Positions 42,601 through 54,600 of a stretch of DNA of 64,000 bases are shown piece by piece. The stretch is from Phoronis australis. Taxonomy: Eukaryota > Animalia > Phoronida. Location: assembly GCA_002633005.1 (NCBI GenBank), contig NMRA01000434.1:281464-345463 (forward strand), in the 5' to 3' direction. The position numbers and the translations under genes were made by a program. The notes under the pieces were generated by a model, which was given only the letters and a program-made list of their open reading frames with translations, had not been told where the DNA came from and did not search any database. The number at the start of each line of letters is the position of its first letter. The stretch's first letter is position 1.

Positions 42601-45600
42601 TGTGGGTATTTTTCCACCTGAATATGGCACGAATATGATGAAACTTAATGTTCATCAAGGGTAAACAATTTTAACATTTTCTGGGAGCTAAAATCTCAGG
42701 TTAGAAGCATTCACAAAGACAAAAACACTTTTAAACAAGTTTTCATCATATAAACTGGGGGTGGGTAATAAACCATGCAGGGCAGGTGTTAAAGTGGAAC
42801 TTGCACACTAATTCTTTATCACTGTGATTGCTTGGTCAAATTAATTAGAAACACAACATATAGCGATGATGTGAATGTGCAGAAGGTTGAAAATTGACAA
42901 ATTTTGTTAAGAGCGAGAGTCTGTCCAAAATGATATGCCGTGAATCACTCAACTGCGTACAGTAAGTATCGTGATGTGGTGCTGGTGAATAACACTGAAT
43001 GATGCGGGTTATGTGAGTCACCAAAGTACGTCATTAATACAAAGGTCACCTATTTGCAGAATTTTTTCCTTCACATTTACAAGTTGTCAATAAATACAAC
43101 TGCACTTTGTTTAGGTAGATGATGTTCAAATAGCATTGTCCTTTGGTTTCTGCTATACATTAGCATAGTTAGGCGCGTGCAAATACCTCTTTAAACCAAA
43201 CATAGGCACCAACACAGAAGAGAACGGTACTAAAAAACACTGAAAACATAAAAACACCAACTTAACCGATCGAGAAAAGTATTACTTCTTGTATAATTAT
43301 TAAGATGAAATAAAAAATTATCTAGTTAATCTAGAAAAGTGCACACCTCCCTGTCAAAGTTTGTTTTGTTTTGACTATAAAACGCAACAAACCAATGTGT
43401 TTGTAGTAGTGAGAGCGCTATTACAGCATCTTAACACATTAAAATATGTAATTCTACTTGTCCGTCATATTGAAGATCGTCGACTATTGTACGACGCTGT
43501 CCTCATAAATTTCATATTTACCCTGCTAAGAATCTGACTCATTTAGCAATTTATTGTATGCCACTGCATCACACTGTTAAACAAGGTTTACTGGCACCAG
43601 TTTCTCAAAGAGACTATTGGCTTTTGTCTTTTGACTTCAACCAAAAGGCAGAAATCTGATTACAAATAGCTAAAAGTTGATTTTTCTGTCTTTTGGGTTT
43701 CTCGAAAGATTTTGTGTTCTGTCTAGTTCAGCAAACTATGGATTTCATTTTTTTGGCTTGGAGACGTAGACAGATTTTCTTGAGTTTCAGTTTTAGCATG
43801 ACTTTCATAAAACAGGCAAGCCATAAATTGATTTTCAGCCGAAAGTCAGACAAAACTCAAACTTTTTGAGAAACCGAGCCCTGGTAATGTCACACAAAAA
43901 TTTCACATTTTTTCTTTTTTCAGATTCCACATAAATAAAACACGGAACTGAGAATGCTTTATAATATAAGGGAACAGCAAAATTACATGGTATGAGCTTT
44001 TTGAACACTTTATGTATGTGGTAGAAACAGTTTTAGGCCAGGATAAAGGATTCGCCTAGTCCAGGTAAAGGCCTCTTCATATAATAGACAACTTCTCTAA
44101 CCACGTCGCTGCATGTGCTTATTTAATTTATCTTCTACAGCTCAATGAAAAGTGTATTATGCATTGGGTAAAGTTTATTTCAAGGCCGGGTATCACTCCT
44201 TTCTATTTCTGTCAGTATCCCAAGCCAGAAGCGCGAGTTCATTCGTACTAAGCCACGCAGGCCGCGCAAAGTTCTAATTTCACACCAATTCAATCTCATT
44301 ACTGAAAGCACTCTTTATGTACATTTGCTTCCTCAATTATTCATTTAAATTAATTGGCTTTGCTATGCCATGATTTATGAAAAGCAGTCAAATCTTCCAT
44401 TCTTAAGCTGTTTGGGGACAGGTTGATGTGCACCAGCCTAGCTATGCCTGTCTAGATTAGTGTTGCGCTGTATACCAATCACGACATTTGGTAAATGCTG
44501 AAATTTGAACTTACTAAGGTTTGTGGCAAGGACAACATTATAATAAGACGACACAACTAAACTTGCCGACTCATCTGACTGGCTACTGAAACAAAATTTA
44601 TGTCAAATGCTTTCATTAGCTCGTTGCAAATATTACGTATGTATGACAGGCTCACTTTTGATTGGCTAATTTTGAGGAAACTGGTAACTTTTAAAAAATT
44701 CAAACAGTATGACGTCATCATCCTCATGTTTGATTGTCTAATTTTGAGGAAACTGGCAAGGTTCTAAAAAATACAAAAAGAGGAAAATGAACATGAGTCT
44801 GTATGTTAACCCAGTATTTTGTTCATTTCATCTGTGTATCAAAATACCGGTAAGATGTGTTTTAGACTGAAACAGTATTGAAATGAATGTGCAATGGTGT
44901 CTGCACCAGAAATTCCTGGCGTCGTGGTGATGACATTTGTGCTATCCTGAGGGCGCTACAAAGTTACCTAACATTTCCTTAGTTTTAATTCTTACAATTG
45001 AGTCCAAGGTGACGCACCTAAAGTTTTTTAGCTTGGTAGTGTCGAATGACACAGAAACAAAGCCTCTGGCAAACACAGGTGCTGTGTTCATGATAACAAC
45101 ACTGACATCACCACCATCTGTTGGACAAGACGCTGAAAAAATCAAGTTGCTAACAATCAAAGTTTACATTTTCAAATTTGACTAACTTTAGAACATCCTA
45201 TTTGAGAAGTAGCTGTTAATATTTATATAAAACTTTCAGATACTATGCTTTACGCACTGGTTCCAAAAATGCAGTTAGGGGTTGTGTTTTAAAATTATCT
45301 ATTTTTAAATGAGGGGTTATCGTAAAAAGGTAGTTAATGATATTCGTAACAAGTCAAGTTACATACAAGGAAACAAACTGTTAATTCAGAAAATTGCAAT
45401 ATTACTTATGAAATTTAAGCTTGAAAATTTATATCAAATGAAATTCAGCCATGTCATTGATACTGTTGTTTCGCTAATGATGTACCCTTCTGTTTCATTA
45501 AATTTACTAATTTAAAAAGACACGGACATGTGACCCAATGGTAAATTGGTAAGAAGCCAAATCTCAAATTGTACAGGTTTTATGTGTTCAGAAACAATGT

Positions 45601-48600
45601 ACTTTTACTTAGTAAAAATCAATAGTTTTGTAGATAATTCGCTAAACACACAGACTTGTCTATAAGATCATTCATGAAACTAAGTTATTGAAAAAGTTAG
45701 ACTGCACTGAAAGAAATTGTGCGATAAGTCTTCATACAATTAGTACACAATAATGGTAGATAAGAGAAATTTTATTTTGCCAAAGCTTTCTACAAAAATA
45801 AAAACTAAGAAATGTTGATCTTTTACTAGCTTGGTATATACTGTGTAGATGTCAGTAAACAACATTTGGAAAAGCTAATCAGACTATAAAGATGGGAAAA
45901 AATAAAATTTTTGGAATTATTTTTGTGTTAAGTGGAAAATTTTCTTAGTACTTCGTAGTCCATCGGTGAGCATAATGTCTTTTACTGAAGAATCCAAGCC
46001 GGGTGGACCACACGCAAGGCTGGACGCAGGACCTGAGTATCAACAGAAATTCTAATTCCTTCTACTTCTAAGCTAAATCTTGGAGACAAAATTCAGTGTA
46101 GAGAAATTTACCAAACTTGGGATGGCATAACTGTAAGTGGAGAATAACCTCAAAGCCGTGCAGAGAGGTCTAGCTGTTGGTAATCTTTACTACTCAGGGA
46201 CTAAACTTGAAGGGAGGTATCGTGGGTGTAACAATGGCGCAGTAAGGATTGATTTACTCTACCAGCACACCCACATAGGACAGTCAAAATTATCAAGTGC
46301 ATCAATGTTTCCATATTTAAATAGACGCATCAAACTCAGCGCTTGATGCTTAGGTTAACGCCAAGTCGCATTTGGGGACCTGTCAAAACTGAAAATCGCA
46401 GGTCACCAAGTAAAATTCAAGTAAAATGTAACGTTTCCGATATGGCATAAAAATCGCCAACAAAAGAAAGGTCATGCATGTCCCTTGTCAAAATCTTAAG
46501 CGTAATTCTCCAGTTTATCCCCATAAATGTACATTCATTCTTTCACTTACTCCATTCCTCTCGCTAACCAACCAACATTGGACACAGACGATCCATCTCA
46601 TACAGTGATGGCGCGTATTTCACCGATCTTGACCTATTTTTGCCAACCATTTCCCACTTACATCAGTTTACTTCCACTTGTGATTTAAGCGTGAGGGCAA
46701 ATGCGCTGATATCATCAAATAAACGGAACGATTATGAATCAAAGGTAATAAATTTCGGAAAACTGTTAGTAATCCAATAGTTTGGAAGTCAACACGAACT
46801 TTGAAACAAATTTAGGGGAAATTATAGTCTGACTTTGATACTTGCGTTGGCGATCTACAGGCGCTGTCACTATTACTTAGTTCACTAACAGTCCAGTTGC
46901 AATTATAACTTGTTAATTATTAATTGCCCATACAGCATAAGTAGATAACAGTTTATTCAAATCAGAAATAGCGCGTCCAGTTTACAACCCCCCGAAGCAC
47001 CTTTGTCATTATCATTATCATTATTATTATTAATGTAATATTTACAATGAGGGTAGCCCCATCAGTTCACACTGCTTTCCATGGGGACCCTCAATAAAGC
47101 CATACAGAAAGACTAGCTAACAGAATTACAAAATGAAAGACAATATTTAAATAATCAGCAAAGAATAAGTTATGTGTTGTTAAATTACAGGGTAAATGTT
47201 GTTACCCCATGTCTAAACACTTGTTAGTCTGAGTATCATTGCAAGATTTACTTTTTCTTGAATGTTTATTACAAAAAATATAATACAGTTTCGATTTGGC
47301 CAGCTTGCATTTTGAAATTGCCATTGGCGACCCGAGCTCGAGGCTTATTTGCTAACTGCCAGCACTCAGTAGTGTTAGCATTACAATCGGCAGCGTTGCA
47401 AGATACACTTACTGGACGTCCGCAACACTATACATTTTGACGACCTCAAATTCGTTAAGTCATGTGACTTCCAAACTGGAGCATGATTGGCTGTGTGATT
47501 GAAGTTTGCATATATGCAGATAACATTTGCCTCTGAGCACAAATCGGGGGCTGCAAAACTTCTGGCACCAAACGTGAACTATTTTCAACAAATACAAAAC
47601 ACCCCAACCAGTAAAATGAGATGCGTACCCCGGCAATTGTCTTAAGCTTTTGGGTTATCAACAACGCACACACCCCCAAAGAAAAACAAAATCAGGATGT
47701 GTGTGAAAGAGGAAGAAATACAACATTATACTACCAGTACTAAAAGGAAACAGACCAGACTTAATTATATCTAAGGCCAAACTTTCAGGTCTAGTTGAAA
47801 AGGAAAGTCATCATTTAAGAGTGCCATATCCGGTAGTATACTTCCTTCATAAAACTGAACAATTTTACTTTACTGAGGTACTAGTACGCAAAAATAGTAC
47901 AAATGTGTCCCTAAGTTTAAATGCAGTGCTTGCAAACAAAAAACAAAGTGCTCCTTTCTCGAGTCGCTCGACCTCGACTAATGTAACCCCCATGCATACT
48001 GAAGGCCAGCGTTATATAATATAATTTGTTGCAACACAATATTAAGCTTATTTAAGCTCCATAAAAATCCATACAATTTCCAAGAAGTCTCAGGACAGGC
48101 AATCATTAGATACTCAACTGTCACAAAATAGCGCAACATTTACAGCCTGACTTTTCATTTGCACTCAAGTGAGTCTCATCACAGAAATGTCCAGCTCTGC
48201 TGAAGGTATTGTAGTGCTCAGTAGCCATCTGCTCAGCTCTACACAGTAGTTGATCAGTTTCTTGATCCCCAATATTAACAATGGCCGTAGCTGTGTTGAC
48301 TTCAGCCAGTCCCCTCTCCTCTAAATTTGCCAGCATCTCCAATGCATCTTCAACACAAGATGGATCCTGATACCTCAAAAGGTAACTTTCCAACTTGGGA
48401 AAGTAAGCCGAATTGCCAGCAACTGACTCCCACAGATCACGTGAGACGTCCTTCCGGAATTCCGACAGAACTTTGTACAAAATGGCAAAGCTCTTTTCTG
48501 TCGGATACGAGTGATCAGTAACAATAACTCCAGCCAACGAATCTCCGTGAACAAATGCATGGCAACAAAAACCGACATGCTTCTTAGACACTCTACATAA

Positions 48601-51600
48601 TGGTGTGGCATTTTTAACCATGTCTACAGAAGCAAAAGCAATTTGTTTCTTCGTTACTGTCTGTTTCGAAAACATGGCAGATGATGAGTGAAAAGCACTC
48701 TTCAGAAAAGAAGGTTCATCTTTGTATTGGTTTGTATAAAATAGTAAAATAGCCAACAATTCCATGATTCAATTCTTCACCAAGTGAAGCCCAAAAGCAA
48801 TGGGAACGGCATCAACAACAATATCAACAACAACCGAATCCAGTAAAATGGATAATTAAGTCACATGAACTAGCAATCACAATTTAGAAAGGGCTGCCAA
48901 GGACATGCAACTTCCTGCCCAACCACGTGCCAACAGCTGATAAACTGTGGGGGAACTGATCAAGTATCGCGATCCCAGTCATGCCATCCATTAAATGGGA
49001 CACTGTCATCATTCCACAATAAAAGTTATAGAGTCCCTGTTTACTCAAAACCTCAAGCAAAGGCATTTTTGACAAACATTGTGCTTTTTAATAACACTAG
49101 TTAGAGCTCCAAATTTCACTGAAATGGCAAACCCTAGGCAGAAAATCAATCCTTGGTAACGAAGATAAACATGATTTTTCTTTAAATTAGTAATACTTTT
49201 TATCTGGATCTTTTTAAATTAAAATTCTCTTTTCCCTAATTTTGCCAACAGAATAAGGAAGTGTGACTTCCTGGTATGCCAATTAAGGGTGTTTACTACA
49301 TACTAAAACATGTTAAGAATACATTATTCTGCTTAACTAATGTTTTCCCATTGCAGTAAATACACATCAGTAGTTTGTTTGCATAATACAAAAATGGAAG
49401 CTTGTAATCAAACTTATATTGACTGCTGGTCAGATTGAAACTATGAGTCACAATTCATCCTGTGAACAGAATTTCCTGGTTTGAAATGGGACAATCCCAT
49501 TTCCTTTTTCCCCTATACAGATGGCAACAACTAATTGTCACATGACACCTGAGACAGCCTGCTATATATACAGTGCAGTAGGCACTTGACCACGCAGTTA
49601 GAGGCCACAGTCAACAACCAATATTTAGCAAGTGCTTTGACAATCTCTGGGGAGAATTTGGGGATCTGGCTGTTCTCACTGTAAAAGAGTGAAACAATGG
49701 CCAACTCTGATACTGACATCGATTGGGCCATGATGTTGAGGACGTCCCATGGTGCACCGTTCGAAGACACGACAATCACACTATCCCCGCTATTTAATCA
49801 AACAACTACTGGGCTCTCGACAATATTTAATGGAGTGAACTCTACCACGTACACCAACCTGACACCTACAATGGCAGCCATTCCATCAAGACCAAGCTTA
49901 TTCGCGACAGCAGCCAATCACATAACAAACGACATTTGTATGCCAATCGTTGTCATCATAGGAATCTTGGGAAATATCTTAAACTTGCTAGTCCTATCCA
50001 GAAAGTCGATGTATTCGTCAACCACCATATTCCTTATTGGATTGGCAGTATCAGACATGCTCCTTATGGTATGCCATGTGCCAGCCTGCCTGTACAGCAT
50101 TACAGCCATCAAGACGAACCCAAGCTACCAACTGTTCTACAGATATTATCACATCTTCAGGTAAGTCTTTTAGAATACGAGAAAGACGTTCAAAATGTTG
50201 AGCTGTAGCATTACGTCTTATTGAATACTGCACCAGGAGTTTATGTCTCAAAAAGTCTATTGGTGTTCATTCAACTTTCCCTTACAAATCAGTCACTGCC
50301 TTAATAGCTTCTAACAAAATGGATGAGCTATTAGGTTAACAGAAAATCTGTCAACAACTCAAAGTCAAAAGACAGAAATTTGCAGTGCGCTCAAATACAG
50401 AGAAGACAAAATGTTTTGAGAAAGGCAAAAAAGTTAACTTTTGGCTATTTGTAGTCACTTTTGGCTACACATTTTACAAAGGGTTCTCATAGTGGTATAG
50501 TGAAGAATTTCCACTTAATCATCAGTTGTCATAATGATCTGTGTGGATAAATAAACTGGGCATCAATAGATATTTATGGTAAGAATATGCCATGATGAAT
50601 CGTGAATTTAGCAGCCTTTTTCTCAAAATGTCTATTGTGGGTTTTTGTAAAATCAGGATAAGGCTACAAGACACAAATTATGTCAACAATTTGAAGGCAA
50701 ACGACAGAAATCCATAGCTTACTCAGGAACAGACTAAAGCCAAAAACAAAAGACAAACGAGACCAACGCGTTGAAATGCACCTACAGCCACACCATGTGC
50801 TTCTACAGATGTTTCTAGTATCATAAAAATGACCATTAGATGGTGCAGAATATGTTAAGCCTGTTCGCATTGAGAAGGAAGCGTAGTCTCTGCCAAATTT
50901 CATGAAAATAAGCAAAGAAATTCCAAAGATACAGAGGCAAATGTAAAAATAAAATTCACATTAAGGGCACTGCTATAGCTCGATTGGTTTGAAACTAATA
51001 GTTATCCATTATCATCTGCCAAATTTTGCAAAGATCCTAGCAAGGGTTAAAAAGATGTAATCGTAGACACAAAAAAGCAAAATTGCCCCTAAGGGAGGCC
51101 AGAGTAGTCAAAAAATCAACGTCAGCCATGATCTTCATATCAGGAATGCACCTGTCTATTTTCATAACGATCCTTTAGGCGGTTTAACAGATAGAAAGGC
51201 AGACGTCAAAAACTTATGCACAATAAATGGTCACCAGGCGGCGCAGAAAACATCAAATCTGTCCGAAAATAGGACGGCGTTGTCATCTCCTTAATAGAAA
51301 CCTATTTCACGTAAATATATTGATTAATTTCGAAGATACAGAGACAAAAATCAAAAAATTTTGCCACTACGTGGCACAGTAATATTCGGATCAGTTAGAC
51401 ACTTGATCATTACCATTTGTCGTTGGCTCCATAGGAACACATCTTTCAAATTTCACAAAGTTCTTTTAAAGGTTTAAGGAGATTCAGTGGCAGAAACTAA
51501 ACCAAATTTTAAAAAACCTTGTCAATATTTAAAAAATCTTGTCAAAGTTTTACTTAAATTTTGTCAACATTTTAAAAATCTTGTCAACACTTTACATCAA

Positions 51601-54600
51601 TCTTGTCAATATTTCAAAAAATTTGTCAACATTTTAAAAATATCTTGTCAGCATTTTAAAAAATCTTGTCACACTTTTACATCAATCACGTCAATATTGT
51701 ACAAATTTTGCCATTTTGAAATTATCTTGCCAATATTTCAAAAATCTTCCTAACTCTTAAAAAATCTTGTCAACATTTTGAAAATCCTGCCAACATTTTC
51801 AAAAAATCTTGTCTACATTTTATTAAATGCTAGCACCATTGACAACATTCTAACACCATATGAAGTCGCTTCGTGCATATCACCCGACATACACAATAAT
51901 ACCTTGTGGCCTTGTGAGGAAACTAAAAAGCAGCAGATACCCGTCTGAAATTTTTTTGCCAAAAGTCGAAAAGTTGGCTGCATGATTGTTTTACCTTAGG
52001 TTTGTAGCAGTTTTTGAAATGGACGCAAAAATAGCAAAACTGGACACAAAGTGGTATAAATTATTCAAATCTGTTCGAAAATGGAATGGCATTGTCATCT
52101 CCTTGACAAATTTCATGAAAATACATCAAGTAGCTCAAGATACATAGGCAAATGTAAAAAACTAAAATTTCTGGTAGGGGGCAATGGTAGTCAGATCGGT
52201 CCGAAACTCGTCGTCATGTGTCGTTAGCTTCAAAGGAACACGCCTGCCAAATTTCAGTAAGATTCTGCAAGAGTTTTAAGAGAAGCAGCAGCAGACACCA
52301 GACAGAGATGACGACATATAATATGTGGGTGAATAAAAATCAACATTTGGCTATAGACTCTTCAAGAAACACGAGCCAGGTGTACTCCACCTGGCTATAA
52401 AAGAAGTCGTTCCTATTTGTATATACAAAACTCCTCAATGAAAAGTTTCAGTTTCTATCTATAAACAGCATTCTCCTCATTATAGGTACACATTCGTCAA
52501 CGTGTTCATCACTTGTACAAGTTGGATAACAACTGCCGTTACAGTGGAACGCTTCTTGGCCATACGCTTCATGCTCAAAGTGAAACTCATCTGCACGGCA
52601 ACACGCGCTAAGGTGGCCCTAGTCTGCATATTCATCATTTCTCTCTTTTTTCATTCAACAAAGCTGTTCGAGTCTGAACCCAACTTGAACATGACGCACC
52701 CTCGCCTCGTACTTCTAACGGAATTGGGAAAAAATCCAACTTACAATACGTATCTCTATTACACCAACATATCCCTGGCTGTGTGGATACCCACAATCCT
52801 ACTCATCATTTTCAACTTCCTGCTCATTTACTTTCTGGTAAAACACAACAAGAGCAAGATGAATCTAGGAACCGATGCTGCCAAAAAAGTAAGCGAGACC
52901 AGGCGAATAACACTGGTTGTCATAGCGATGGTTTTTGTGTTTATCTTGTGCCACTCCTGCGGTGTGCTTCTTGCGATGTTAATAGCAGTTCATGGCCGGA
53001 TTAAGATCCTAGTTCTACACCCCGTGTACTCCGGGTTAAGACACATTAGTAACCTACTGGTAACCGTCAACTCTGGAGTCAACTTCATTCTCTACTGCGG
53101 AATTAGCACCAAATTCCGCGCAGCATTTCTACAAACATTCCGATGTGCTAAGGAGAAAAAGAAATCATCGACTGCAACAAGTACAAAGTCCGCCACATCA
53201 AGCTCGTCACTGCGTCACATGGGCTCAAGAATACGAGAACTAGAGGTAGGCACCACCACAAAGATGTGACACGGAAACATTGGACGTGAATGATGCAGTT
53301 CCTGACAATCAGTTGGGCCCCAAACCTGGACAAACCAGAATGGCTCACAGCAAACTGGTGCACAAAACCATGAGCAGTAGACTCAAATCTCACAAACTTT
53401 AACAGATGACTGAGGAAAGGTGTTACCGCCAAGGACTACAAAATACACACAGATGAGCAACCATGCTGTGTTTACACAAAATGCAACATATATATTGAAC
53501 AGTGAATGGCTTGTCTTGAGCCTGTATATATGTATATTATGTTACCCACAGATAAGAAATTTGATATCCATTATTTAAACCCATGTATTTTCACGCATAA
53601 TTTTACTTGCAACCACTTTATTTTATTATTGAAAACTGTTAATGAAGTACACAACTGTAGTTAAGCCCAACTGTAACGCTTCCTAACAATTTCTGGGCTT
53701 GAACTCCAATCATTGTACATTATATTTTTCTTATTAAACATTTTAAAAAAATTGGAGTGAATATTTTGCATGTTGTAATTCAGTGAATGTTTCAGTACAA
53801 AAACTGACCACCACTCAGAATCTGTTTTTAGGAAACTACCTATGACGCGCAACTCCCCAATTTAGAAAGTAGAATAATTTGATGCTACCACTGCAAAAAA
53901 TTGTTTCATCAAAAGGCTTCACTCCGAACAAACAATCTATTACTTTGACATTTTCTGATTGTCCTCTATCATAGTGTCACCACTCAGTCAGGTGCTGACA
54001 ACAATGAACACAGCATTAATTGAGAACACTAGTATAATCATTATGCATATTTACACAGTGTTTTAAAATAAGAGTTCAGGAGTAGTCGTAAATGCCAGTG
54101 ACTGCGATACTTGGTGTTATAACGTAAACAACTGACAGAGTTCCTGCCAAGGACAAGGAGTGTCCTGACGTAAATGGAGTTCATTCATCTAAGTAAATAC
54201 TTCCCGTATTGCATAATGCTGAGGAAGTACCATGGAAATATTATAGATACAGCATCAATCTAAACACATGGGTCAATTTGCTAAAACAACTCTGTGAAAT
54301 ATCCACAGTGTGAATATTAAGTAATCTACATTTACTGAACAGGTAGGAGCTTTCAAGAAAGGACTAAAAGGCATATATAGCATTTTTCATGAACAGTATG
54401 TTTTGCTTCTAAATTATCACCATATAACTTGTGTAAGAGCTGTAACATGTAAAATGTAGACTTCTTAAAGATATTGCCTGCAAGTACACGATCATTTTTC
54501 CACCCTTTATCTCAGGTTATTTCAACTGTAAGACGGCCTCTATGTTCGGACTGCCACAGCACACAGTTATGACCAGAGGCGCATTTTTGTTAATTTGAGC

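Noticed and set aside
51487-51753. 88-aa repetitive ORF
   Set aside because: It is the translation of the 21-22-bp minisatellite in the GPCR intron.
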